A stretch of 46,909 bases of DNA from Minisyncoccia bacterium (GCA_041499075.1 JBGQJN010000004.1:1-46909); one strand, 5' to 3'; counted from the first letter of the stretch, positions 26,247 through 35,833 are shown. The notes: generated from the sequence alone by a model not told the origin. Made by a program: numbers and translations.

Positions 26247-29200
26247 TTAGTGGAAGTTGATCCTCGGACCGGTTGTCGTTGAGTAATCTCTCAAGATACC
26301 TTGCACCGAAGTATTCGACTCAATCCTGCTTGTGCCTCCCTTATCAGTCCAGCCGATGAGGCCACCTTGGCTCTCATCTCTCAATAGAATCTGGACAAAG
26401 TCAGCCGCCCTGCCAGCATTGGTGTTTGCTGGTTTAGCGAATCCAGTGACGGTGGTGACTTTGAGGACGAAGGTCTTTGACTGGCCAGCTGGAATTTCAA
26501 TATCTTTGATATCGAACAGGAAGCTAGCCGAAGCGGCTGAAAGCAATGGGCCAGCGTTAGCTGTCATCGTTGCCGTTCCCACTTGAGAGTTGTCGGAAGT
26601 ATCTCTCATTTCTAAGACCAGGGTGTTTGTGTTTTCACCCGAAGCCAGAACAGCAAACTTGATTGAACCAGAGCCAGCAGTTGACGGGCCATCAAAGAAG
26701 ACCGTGGCACCGTCAGTTGCCGAACCCATGGCATCAACTCTGAATCTGTACAGCTCCGCACCTACTGAAATGGTAGCGTTCGGATCCGATACAGCCAGAC
26801 CGGTAAACTTCGGGAACGATCTATAGACATACATAGTCTGACCGCTAACTGCCGAGATACCGCTTGCGTCAACAACACTACCCGAACCTTCACCGACAGC
26901 TCGGAATTCATCCGTGCCTACAGCGCCTCCGCCTGACAGATCAAGTGTAAAGTTCACACCTGTAGCTCGGTAGAGCTCATTCGCCGTAGCCATGGTGGCA
27001 CTGACCGCTACATCCAAAGTGTTGTCCTTCGGAACATATGGTCTGGTATCACCGCTAAAGGCAAATGATATTGATCCAGCACTATTTAGGGCACCACTAG
27101 AAGTAAGGGTGTCTCCAGCTTTGTCTTTGTAAGTAAGCTTGACCGAATCAATGTTGGTAGCCGCCGTTGAGCCGGTTGTACCTTTAACATTCAACCTTTC
27201 AACGTAGAAGCCCTCGTTCGTAGAAGTGAGTCTAAACTTAGAGAACGGAGCATCTGCTTGACCCCAATAAACCGCATTCTTGGTTGGATTATCAGGTGAT
27301 GCAGCTGTGGCCAAGGTACCGACAGAACCAACTTGTACATTGGTCGTGAAGGTAGTCGCCGTACCATTAATCAAGTTGTTTGAATTAATGGTAGAGCTGT
27401 TTTGGTCGGTAGCTGAAACATCAGTCGCTCCAGCGATATCAAACTTAAACATATCTATCGTACCTGGGGTATTACCGCCAAGGTCAACCACTACCCACAG
27501 GGTCTTGGTTGTACCACCAGCAATCGGATAGGCCATATTCGTGAACTGCACCTTACCATCAGATGATAGGGTGTTGGAGCTCAAGGTGCCTACCGGCAAG
27601 CCGGTTGTAGCATCTATAAGTCTGACGGAGGATATTAATCCGTTAGCATCACCGGCAGCGACAGTACTACCGGCATCATCTCCGGTGTAACCGGTAATGG
27701 TTATTGTGTTAACGGTAACCGGATTACCAAGCGCCGTTGTCAGGTTGATACCTAACGCAGTAATGTTTGTTGCGCCCTTAACGAAAGTTCTGGTGCCGCT
27801 AGGTGTAGAAGCTAGGGACGCAGTCAAGGAAGAACCCTGCACGGTCATTGAGTTGCCGGAGATCACACCGGATGGAACAACATCAGATGACTTAAGAGCA
27901 GTGTTCGTGCCTGCATATTTCAAGAGGGTCGTGTCACCAGATGTACCCGCTTCGGTACCATAGCCGAATAATACGGCCTTGAAAGCGTTACCAGTGATCA
28001 AGTCGTTATCAACACTGCTGTTGGACTGCTTAACATCGGCAACAATTGCTAGATGTAAAACCTGTCCGCTATTTATCGTAAGGACATCCGTGAACTGTTT
28101 GGATACACCATTCTTGGATGAACCACAAGCGTTTGATTCAGCTGATCCGGTAGCAGAAACCAGGGTTGTAGAATTGCTTAGAGTGTTGAATGCGCTACCA
28201 TCTTGCGGACCGACTAAGGCTACACCGGTATCACGGTTAATGATCTGAACATTGTTCAAATCACCGAAGCCGGCGGTAGCACTGGCGGTGACTGCACTAT
28301 CGTAAGTGCCATCGGCATTTACATCTTTACAAAGGACGATAGTCGTCTTGCGAAGTTCTATAGCAGCCGCGGCAGTCATGTCGAAGTCCAATAAGTGAGT
28401 CTTAGTCGTGCTTGTAGAAACATTGGTTGCTGAAGGACCGACAAATGTCAGGGTCAGGATACCACCTTGTAAGGTGATAGTCCCGCCGGTCGTACCAGAA
28501 CCACTACCCGAGACAGTCATACCGAATCCGAACTGGTCACCTAGAGCAAGTAAGTCAGAGCTCTGCTCGAAGTATAAGATAACGGTTTCGGCTCTCTTGG
28601 CATTACCGCTGATATCACCGAAAATCTTAATTATCCTATTATCTCCCTTGGCAATGAAGAATGGGCTACCGCTTAGATCGAAGACAACGTAGTTATCGGT
28701 TGTCACCACACCGTCAGCGATTTTGACACCATTGACTTCAGCTCTTACGTTGCTCAAATTGCTTGACTGCATTGATCCGCTTTGCAAAAGCTGCATGCGG
28801 GAAATTCTCGCGCCTTCTGTGGCGGTCGTAAACTTGAATTCACCAATTTGAACATTAGACTGACCAACATTTGGATTGGTTAACGAACCTGAAGTAGCGA
28901 TCGTAAGAGTACCACCACTTTGACCAGTAACAGCCATGTTATTGCCTGCTACCGGGAATGAACCACCGATGGTACCGCTTGAAAGGACTACGTCAGAAGA
29001 TGAATCAACTGAAAGATAGTTAACATCTCCCTGCGTGGCGGCATTCATATCGGCAACTACCGACAGCATCCTAGAACCGCTTATGGTCCAGTTAAGATTA
29101 GAGAAGGTAACACTGCCATCAGATGAAGATGGCGTTCTGCCAGATGTTAATCTGTGCGCTCCTTCATACAGATAGATGTTAGCGAAGTCACCGGTTGCGC

Positions 29201-29936
29201 CGGGACCTCTGCGGGTCACCCTCAAGCTGGACAAAACTCCGCTACCCGAGAAATTAAGCTTCAAATAGGTTACTCCTGTCGCACCCCTGGTAATACTTGC
29301 CGCTGAAGGGTTATCAGAAGCTAAGCTGACATTCACGTTGCCGCCTACTACTGGTGAGCCAGGGACTCTAGCATAGCTAGGAACTTGATTCACTGAAGTG
29401 TAGTTGGAACCCTTGGGATACCAGTTAAACTCATTGTCATTGATACAGAAAACCTTCTTGAAGAAATTGGGATCGTCAGCAACGGCTTGGGCGCCACTGG
29501 TGTTAACCCAGTGTAACATACCGGTATCTTCACCGTTCACCTCAACACCGTAAACCTTACCGTTGTTGTTTACGCTTCCCACCTCACAGTCTCTGAAGAG
29601 ACCGGATGTCGTAAAGGCATCGCGGGTTGCCGGTGAAACATTCTTCACGCCGGCAAAACCGCCTGTGAGCTGACCGTAAAAAGTAAATATCACGGGGTTC
29701 AAAAATAATCTCTTGTAACCCCAGTCATTAACAATATATACATCCGGATCGTTTGAACCGGCAGCACTAATAGTGTTGCCTTCCTTCAATCCGTAGTCGG
29801 AAGGGGCCACTGCTCCTGCGTATTTAACATAGGAGACATAGGCTAGCCCTACGACAAGCAACATTGCTGTTGCCAACGCGAGGACGGAGAATACTTTTTT
29901 GAACTCCGCGTCCCTGCGGCTTAAAGCTATGTTCAT
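26247..29936 (-). CDS. giant (1229 aa) Thr/Gly/Ser/Asn-rich extracellular protein with an N-terminal signal anchor. Candidate S-layer or adhesin-like protein.
   Basis: N-terminal TM VFSVLALATAMLLVVGLAYVSYV, then about 1200 aa of low-complexity beta-rich sequence. The long ORF sits in AT-rich DNA. Confidence 0.75.
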   Translation of the reverse strand: MNIALSRRDAEFKKVFSVLALATAMLLVVGLAYVSYVKYAGAVAPSDYGLKEGNTISAAGSNDPDVYIVNDWGYKRLFLNPVIFTFYGQLTGGFAGVKNVSPATRDAFTTSGLFRDCEVGSVNNNGKVYGVEVNGEDTGMLHWVNTSGAQAVADDPNFFKKVFCINDNEFNWYPKGSNYTSVNQVPSYARVPGSPVVGGNVNVSLASDNPSAASITRGATGVTYLKLNFSGSGVLSSLRVTRRGPGATGDFANIYLYEGAHRLTSGRTPSSSDGSVTFSNLNWTISGSRMLSVVADMNAATQGDVNYLSVDSSSDVVLSSGTIGGSFPVAGNNMAVTGQSGGTLTIATSGSLTNPNVGQSNVQIGEFKFTTATEGARISRMQLLQSGSMQSSNLSNVRAEVNGVKIADGVVTTDNYVVFDLSGSPFFIAKGDNRIIKIFGDISGNAKRAETVILYFEQSSDLLALGDQFGFGMTVSGSGSGTTGGTITLQGGILTLTFVGPSATNVSTSTTKTHLLDFDMTAAAAIELRKTTIVLCKDVNADGTYDSAVTASATAGFGDLNNVQIINRDTGVALVGPQDGSAFNTLSNSTTLVSATGSAESNACGSSKNGVSKQFTDVLTINSGQVLHLAIVADVKQSNSSVDNDLITGNAFKAVLFGYGTEAGTSGDTTLLKYAGTNTALKSSDVVPSGVISGNSMTVQGSSLTASLASTPSGTRTFVKGATNITALGINLTTALGNPVTVNTITITGYTGDDAGSTVAAGDANGLISSVRLIDATTGLPVGTLSSNTLSSDGKVQFTNMAYPIAGGTTKTLWVVVDLGGNTPGTIDMFKFDIAGATDVSATDQNSSTINSNNLINGTATTFTTNVQVGSVGTLATAASPDNPTKNAVYWGQADAPFSKFRLTSTNEGFYVERLNVKGTTGSTAATNIDSVKLTYKDKAGDTLTSSGALNSAGSISFAFSGDTRPYVPKDNTLDVAVSATMATANELYRATGVNFTLDLSGGGAVGTDEFRAVGEGSGSVVDASGISAVSGQTMYVYRSFPKFTGLAVSDPNATISVGAELYRFRVDAMGSATDGATVFFDGPSTAGSGSIKFAVLASGENTNTLVLEMRDTSDNSQVGTATMTANAGPLLSAASASFLFDIKDIEIPAGQSKTFVLKVTTVTGFAKPANTNAGRAADFVQILLRDESQGGLIGWTDKGGTSRIESNTSVQGILRDYSTTTGPRINFH

Positions 29937-30034
29937 AATAATTTTATTTTGCCCCTATCGTTAACTTGTCTAAAGACCAGAAAACAATAAGGAAATTAAC
30001 GTCTTGAATTGAGAGTCTTGTTTGATTATCACGG

Positions 30035-30043
30035 TCTGGATAA
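30035..30043 (-). promoter_or_regulatory. near-consensus DnaA box (8/9 match: TCTGGATAA vs TGTGGATAA)
   Basis: Read directly. It has the same orientation as the two perfect boxes. Confidence 0.35.
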
Positions 30044-30495
30044 GCCCGTCTGGGCAATCAGCTTAGATATTGCTTTCGACCGCAACATCTATATGCCGAC
30101 CGTAAGTACTCGACCCTTAAGACTCATTTAGTAGAATAACAAAGAGAAAGAAAATCAAAACTTTATCAATTTGCAACATTTTATTAAATTTTCAACGTCC
30201 TTACATTGTAAACCAACACTAATGCCTAGGAGCTAGATATTAAATACTAGAAACTAGTGCCGGGCTACAAAAACGACAAAACAGCCAAAATGGCTATTCC
30301 AAAAAGGTTGCTTGTATTCTTACCATGAAAGTCATATTTTTAGCCTTATTTAAGCCTATATTACACCTTTGTCAAGTACGGCAGATTGTTTATAAAGCTT
30401 AGCAAAATTAGTAAAACAAGTCAACTGGAATATCTGTCTAACAACCTAACTCATTATAATCCTAGCAGGCAATTAAACAAACACAAGTACTCAAG

Positions 30496-30504
30496 TGTGG
30501 ATAA
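30496..30504 (-). promoter_or_regulatory. perfect DnaA box (plus strand TGTGGATAA = TTATCCACA on minus)
   Basis: Exact 9-mer match to the E. coli R-box consensus. Confidence 0.5.
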
Positions 30505-30561
30505 TTATTACAAGCTCTAAACAGCATTATAGCTTCGCTTCAAGGTGTTAACAAGCCATTC

Positions 30562-30570
30562 TGTGGATAA
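30562..30570 (-). promoter_or_regulatory. perfect DnaA box (TGTGGATAA), 66 bp from the first
   Basis: Exact 9-mer consensus match. Confidence 0.5.
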
Positions 30571-30722
30571 TAACATTTATTTACCTGCCAACCAGCTAGC
30601 TAGTTTTGAGAGGTTTCAGACATTTTGAGGGTTCTTAAAGTTCTAGGTTAGTCAGCCTCATAAAATTACTACTGAAATTAAATACCCCCTCAACACAGAC
30701 CATCACGTCTGGATTGATCTGG

Positions 30723-31020
30723 AATGACAACTTACGGGTGTCATTGTTGACATCATACAACAAGAAGCCCAGAGTTACAAAAAGATTTGATACATGACGT
30801 GATATGACATATGACATGATAGTTAGCCGAAATGGTTAATCTAAACTGTCTTAATAAATGACTAAAATGACCAATTGCAGGTTTAGTTTAATGATATAGG
30901 CATTAATATCTTTTAAAAACAGCTTGCATATTTTGATAATGACAAATGATGACAATGGTGTCGCGAAGTATCTGTCACCCTTGTCATCATCTGTGACATC
31001 ATTGTCATCATTTGTCATAT
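30723..31020. repeat. array of at least 12 TGACA/TGTCA-containing motifs. It includes the direct repeats TTGTCATCAT and a perfect 15-bp inverted repeat caaatgatgacaatg (30943-30957) / cattgtcatcatttg (31000-31014).
   Basis: Read directly. The region is non-coding and AT-rich. Confidence 0.5.
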
Positions 31021-31072
31021 GTAGATAGGTACTGACCTTATCAACTTCAACTACTTGCTTAGTAACCGTCTC

Positions 31073-31633
31073 TCATAGAAAACTTATTTTCCAGAGGCCA
31101 CTAGGATATTTTTGAAATATTATTGTGCTTGAATGTATACTGGTTTTAACGGGAACATCCTGACCATTAAGGCTGGCTACTGAATTTTTTTTAACCGCAA
31201 ACGAGTAATGGAATTCTTTAATACCGGGTTGGTTTACACCACCGTCCTGCCAGGTAGTTTCTGTATTCTTTAGCTCAAGCGCCAGATCGTCAAGTAAACC
31301 CTTGCTTTGATATTCCTCAAGTGTTTTTTGCCAACTCTCCTGTTTGTCTGTAGTAAAATATTTACTTGCTAAACCGACGTCTCCTTTTTCTAGGGCGCTG
31401 ATGAATAAATCAAATGTTTCTTGCGGGCTGGTGCCGCCATATCTATCGTTAAGATAAGTTCCCTGCATCTGTTTATTTACGGCATCCGCCGCTTGCCTAT
31501 TCTGCCAAGCTTTGATCCATGGACCAAGATTCAACATTGCCCAAATAACAAAGCCGGCGAGTACTGCCAAAATAATGGCGACACGCCAGTGCCGCCACCA
31601 TATAAATGTTTTTGACTTATCCACTGGTATCAT
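31073..31633 (-). CDS. hypothetical membrane-anchored protein (186 aa)
   Basis: A single N-terminal TM (VAIILAVLAGFVIWAMLNL) followed by a soluble domain. Confidence 0.55.
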   Translation of the reverse strand: MIPVDKSKTFIWWRHWRVAIILAVLAGFVIWAMLNLGPWIKAWQNRQAADAVNKQMQGTYLNDRYGGTSPQETFDLFISALEKGDVGLASKYFTTDKQESWQKTLEEYQSKGLLDDLALELKNTETTWQDGGVNQPGIKEFHYSFAVKKNSVASLNGQDVPVKTSIHSSTIIFQKYPSGLWKISFL

Positions 31634-31691
31634 CTTATATCATCTAATCATAGTATGAAATCAGATATCAAACAATAACAATCCCAAAAAC

Positions 31692-32303
31692 CTATCCGGC
31701 GATATCACTTATTGAATAGACGACTTTTTTACCTTCACTTACGCGCCGGATTACATTCAACTTCACAAGTTCGCTTAGCTTGCGTTTTAGTGTCCGGCGA
31801 GAAAGACCGGGAATGGTTTTAAAAATCTCAGAATTTTGAATCTGGCCTTGACTCTTTACCAGATCAAAAATTCTTTGATGTAGGTGACCCATTTTTTTTA
31901 GTTCCTCAGAAATAACACTTCTTGATGGCTTCTCCGCTTTGGCATTAAGATCCGGTGTTAAAACATAAAAACCTATAATTGAATTTTTCAGTTTCAGCAA
32001 TTCGCGCTCAAGGAACAGGGGAGTGATCGGTTCAGATAAATTAAGATATTTGACGATCTCTAACAGTCGGATAATGTTTTGTATTTGATTATATAATTCA
32101 TGATCACGTCGCACAATATTAGAACTAGTTTTCCCCACCCTACTGTTTAATTTTAGAAATCTTACGAATTGTTCTAGAAATTGAGTTGCTTCCTGCTCGC
32201 AAAGGCCGGAAAAAAAATCATCCTTAACCTGGAGGCTGAGTCTCGTTAAAAGACGTGAGCATATAGCAAAAGTGTTGACTATATCATCTTCTCCTACCAT
32301 CAC
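31692..32303 (-). CDS. putative DNA-binding protein with a C-terminal winged-HTH
   Basis: The C-terminal …SEIFKTIPGLSRRTLKRKLSELVKLNVIRRV… is HTH-like (DeoR/MarR-type). Confidence 0.5.
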   Translation of the reverse strand: MMVGEDDIVNTFAICSRLLTRLSLQVKDDFFSGLCEQEATQFLEQFVRFLKLNSRVGKTSSNIVRRDHELYNQIQNIIRLLEIVKYLNLSEPITPLFLERELLKLKNSIIGFYVLTPDLNAKAEKPSRSVISEELKKMGHLHQRIFDLVKSQGQIQNSEIFKTIPGLSRRTLKRKLSELVKLNVIRRVSEGKKVVYSISDIAG

Positions 32304-32312
32304 CCAGTCTTA

Positions 32313-33071
32313 CTACAGATTGGGAAATTTAGTCAATGCACCTGTGAGCACGGCGTTGATATTTGTTGAACCGATGATGACGGGTTTTTGGTTTTGGAAA
32401 TCAATTAATCCCAAAATAGAACCGGAGTCATTAACTACCGATGCGCCGTAAAATTCCTGATCGGGAGCCAGTAAAATTTTAAACTGCTGGCCGCTATCAT
32501 CCAACTGCGACACTAGGGTTTCTTCAACCAATGGCAAATCCTTATTTACGCTCTCTGACTTAGCAAAAATTAATAAGTGCTGGCCGAGTTTGGGTAAATT
32601 CATTTCTAAGCTTGCAACTTGGTAATCGTCAGCACCGGCTATTGAGACCAGGGCTACGTTAGATTTAAAACTTCTAAAAACAACTTTGGCCTTATAGATA
32701 CCGCCATTAATTTTTATCTGAAAAAAATCAGCGTTGGCAGGAACCAGTGAATTAAGTGTGGCCGCCAGACCGTCTTGAGTAAGCATTATACCGCTGCCGG
32801 AACGCAGAAGTTCCCCTCCTAAAAAACTCTGCACCGCGACTACGCTTGGCGAAACATTACTTATGGCTTCAGAATAGTCAGAACTGGAAACAGGATTGAT
32901 TTTTGGCTCATTTTGAGTATTTTTTGGCTGTTGGCTGGCAACTTTGGTCAGTATATCAGCGGTATTCAAAAAGTTAGTCCGGATGGTTATGGGCAAAATG
33001 AAAAGTGAACCGATGAGGCCGCCGGCTACGCCGGCGGCCGCCATCACTAAAATTTTCTTATAACTTGACAT
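32313..33071 (-). CDS. trypsin-like (HtrA-derived) domain protein lacking the catalytic His and Asp. Likely a pseudoprotease.
   Basis: It aligns with the neighbouring HtrA. …GSGIMLTQDGLAATLNSLV aligns with GSGFIISSDGLILTNKHVI, so His becomes Ser/Leu. SNVALVSI aligns with QDLAVVQI, so Asp becomes Asn. The Ser-region is retained as VNDSGSIL. It has an N-terminal TM. Confidence 0.65.
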   Translation of the reverse strand: MSSYKKILVMAAAGVAGGLIGSLFILPITIRTNFLNTADILTKVASQQPKNTQNEPKINPVSSSDYSEAISNVSPSVVAVQSFLGGELLRSGSGIMLTQDGLAATLNSLVPANADFFQIKINGGIYKAKVVFRSFKSNVALVSIAGADDYQVASLEMNLPKLGQHLLIFAKSESVNKDLPLVEETLVSQLDDSGQQFKILLAPDQEFYGASVVNDSGSILGLIDFQNQKPVIIGSTNINAVLTGALTKFPNL

Positions 33072-33129
33072 CTTATCTATACCGGATTAGATTAATGCAA
33101 GCATCTTAACAATTCCGGAGGAAAAGACA

Positions 33130-33501
33130 ATGAGAAAACCTATGGCTGTTGTTTTGTTTACATTGGTTACTTTGATTTCCTGCAGTAGAATCAACCTGTC
33201 TGACGAGGCCAATCAAAAAAGGATGTCTGATCTTAAAAGCGGGCTATCATACGATATTAGCATTTCCGTAGATACAATTTTATTCAAAAATTTACCTGAA
33301 ATTTTTATTATAGCCAAAGGAGTCGAGATCGATAGAGATAAAAATGAAATTACCGTAAAGGCTGGGGCATTGCTGTCAAATGTCGAAATTAGCCGTTATT
33401 ACCTTATAAGACTAGACAATGATACTAAATTTTCACTACCATTAGGCGGCCGCATAACCATAAGACACGGCAATTCAACAGAGACCATTGAAAAATATTA
33501 A
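33130..33501 (+). CDS. small lipoprotein (123 aa)
   Basis: Signal peptide with lipobox LISC (MRKPMAVVLFTLVTLISCS). Confidence 0.55.
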   Translation: MRKPMAVVLFTLVTLISCSRINLSDEANQKRMSDLKSGLSYDISISVDTILFKNLPEIFIIAKGVEIDRDKNEITVKAGALLSNVEISRYYLIRLDNDTKFSLPLGGRITIRHGNSTETIEKY

Positions 33502-33541
33502 TTCTCCCGTCTAATCTTTGCGCTGCCACAAGCAGCTTTTT

Positions 33542-34780
33542 TTATTTTGTTTCTCCGAGAATAACTTGGATAGTTTTTTCCTGGCCCTGACTTAGCATTT
33601 TCAAAGTAATCGTTTGACCGACAGCATAAGACTGAATCAGTTTAGCCAGATCATTGTTCTGATCTATTTTCTGTCCATTGACCTCAAGAATAATATCATT
33701 TTCACGTATGCCGGCATTATCGGCAGGCGAGCCGGGGCTAACAGCCAAGTCTGATTGAGTCTGGCCGTGTACCACCAATGCGCCATAATTAACAGAAAGA
33801 TTATTTTTCTGCTTAATGTCGTCGGTTACTAGAATGTAGCGTATGCCAAGATAAGGATAACTTATTTTGCCGACTGTCTTAACCTGGTTAATATCACGTT
33901 TGGCTTGATTGATCGGCAAAGCAAAACCGATACTTTGAGCGCCTTGAACAATGGCGGCATTAATTCCGATCACCTGACCGGAAAGATTAAGAAGCGGCCC
34001 GCCGGAGTTGCCCGGATTGATAGCGGCATCTGTTTGGATTACCTGGTCCAATTGTTCAGACTGACCACCGCCGTCTGAAGCGGTAATTGACCGGGATAAA
34101 CCGGAGATGACGCCCTTTGAAACGCTGTTTGAAAATTGGCCAAGCGCATTACCGATGGCAATGACCGTTTGTCCTATCTGGAGTTTACTGGAATCACCTA
34201 GGGCTAACGCCGGTAAACCGGAAGTGCTGATTTGGACCACAGCCAAGTCTTGAACCGGGTCTTTAGCCAGTATTTTAGCAGGATACTTTTTACCATCATT
34301 GGTGATGACTGTGAAATTGGCATTAGGAACATCTATGACGTGCTTATTAGTCAGTATCAAGCCGTCGGAACTTATGATAAAACCTGAACCGGCGGCAATT
34401 TGCTGCTGTTGTTTAGTGCTCGGCTGTTGCGGCTGAACATCGCATTGACTGCCCAGAAATTGTCTGAAAAATGGATCATTGCAAAAATTTTGAAGAGGAC
34501 CATAGTTCTGCTGCTCGACAATACTGAGATCCTGTGTGGCGACGATACTTACTACCGATGGCGTGGCCTTTTTGACTACGCCGATTACCTTTGTTTCTTC
34601 ATCAGTCGTAACCGGAGCCGGAGCAGTATGAGATACCTGATTGATAATCGGCGCTAAGCCAGCAGTGAAGAAAGTTGATCCATAATAACCAAAAAAAGCG
34701 CCGACTACGGCAGAAATTACAAAACTTAAAACAATAACAGACAATATTAGATTTTTTTTGAGTATTTGATCTACGTCCAT
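33542..34780 (-). CDS. htrA: HtrA/DegP-family serine protease with a C-terminal PDZ domain
   Basis: Catalytic triad context …TNKHVID…, …DLAVVQI…, …GNSGGPLLN…. PDZ domain (…ENDIILEVNGQKI…). N-terminal TM. Confidence 0.9.
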   Translation of the reverse strand: MDVDQILKKNLILSVIVLSFVISAVVGAFFGYYGSTFFTAGLAPIINQVSHTAPAPVTTDEETKVIGVVKKATPSVVSIVATQDLSIVEQQNYGPLQNFCNDPFFRQFLGSQCDVQPQQPSTKQQQQIAAGSGFIISSDGLILTNKHVIDVPNANFTVITNDGKKYPAKILAKDPVQDLAVVQISTSGLPALALGDSSKLQIGQTVIAIGNALGQFSNSVSKGVISGLSRSITASDGGGQSEQLDQVIQTDAAINPGNSGGPLLNLSGQVIGINAAIVQGAQSIGFALPINQAKRDINQVKTVGKISYPYLGIRYILVTDDIKQKNNLSVNYGALVVHGQTQSDLAVSPGSPADNAGIRENDIILEVNGQKIDQNNDLAKLIQSYAVGQTITLKMLSQGQEKTIQVILGETK

Positions 34781-34824
34781 AAATTTGTATTACGTTTAAG
34801 AGCTTAGTTTTGGTGCATAATCAA

Positions 34825-35814
34825 TCATTTTGAGAATAATTCTTTGGCGCGATTCCAGAACTCAGGGTGATTTTGTTTTGTCTTCATCCAGTACCACCAT
34901 TCCGCGCCCCAGAGATATTGACTATCAAAACTAGTTTTGCTGGCAAAATCAATCATTTCATTGAACTTATCAATCCCCATCCGGCTAAGAAGAATTTCGT
35001 TTGAAGTGCCGACAATCGGCATACGCAACCACGGTTCACCTGACAGCTCAATTATAATTGAAGGTTTTTTGCCGAAAAATATATCGATCAGATTCTCCTT
35101 AATTCTGAAAAATGCCGGCGTGATAGGGTAGCGCAAGGGACCGGTAGTCCACCAGACATAGAGATACATGCTGGCTCCAAAAATATCTCCATGCTGATAC
35201 GCCTTATACCAGGTCCCGAATTCGCCGCTGTCGGTTATAAGAACCGGATGTGCCGGATCAAGCTGGTGTACTAGGGCAATCTCTTTTTTAAAGAATTCTT
35301 CATCTACCGGCCCGCAAAGCGAACGGCTGAAAAAGGCGAGATAGGGCTCATTTTCAACCTGCCAGTATTTAATATTTTTATAACTCTTGTACCTGTTAAC
35401 TACGGTAGTGATGTAATCAATCAGTTTTTGTTGTTTTGTCTCAAGCGGCAGATCTTTAGCCCAATCGGGCTCGTGGCATTCCGGCCAGCCGGGCAAACGC
35501 CGGCCAACGGCCAGAATCACTGAAGCGCCGCTTTTTTGGGCTTCCTGCATCTGAAAGTCAAGCTCTGAAAAATTATATTTGCCGTCCTTGAGTTCCGTCA
35601 GCGGCCAATGGGCGGTAAATCTGAAATTGCGTACCTTCAGATCATCAAGTAGTGCAAGATATGTCTTCTTCCAATCAAGACCCAGCTCATCCGAATGGAA
35701 CTTGCTGAAAGAAACTCCGTAGATAATATGTTTGGGCAGAGAACGCAAAGACAAAAGATAAAAGGCAAGTACTATCAAGCCAACAACTATAAGAAATTTA
35801 TGGAGTTTTCTCAT
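34825..35814 (-). CDS. membrane-anchored TIM-barrel glycoside hydrolase (clan GH-A, GH5-like)
   Basis: Acid/base motif WQVENEP and a candidate nucleophile in …IIIELSGEP…. N-terminal signal anchor. Confidence 0.5.
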   Translation of the reverse strand: MRKLHKFLIVVGLIVLAFYLLSLRSLPKHIIYGVSFSKFHSDELGLDWKKTYLALLDDLKVRNFRFTAHWPLTELKDGKYNFSELDFQMQEAQKSGASVILAVGRRLPGWPECHEPDWAKDLPLETKQQKLIDYITTVVNRYKSYKNIKYWQVENEPYLAFFSRSLCGPVDEEFFKKEIALVHQLDPAHPVLITDSGEFGTWYKAYQHGDIFGASMYLYVWWTTGPLRYPITPAFFRIKENLIDIFFGKKPSIIIELSGEPWLRMPIVGTSNEILLSRMGIDKFNEMIDFASKTSFDSQYLWGAEWWYWMKTKQNHPEFWNRAKELFSK

Positions 35815-35833
35815 TTAAGCTATGCGACGACAA

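Noticed and set aside
26332-28692. Multiple 80-95 aa plus-strand ORFs inside the giant gene
   Set aside because: They are antisense to a continuous 1229-aa ORF and their frames are kept open by the Thr/Gly/Ser codon bias. No independent signals support them.
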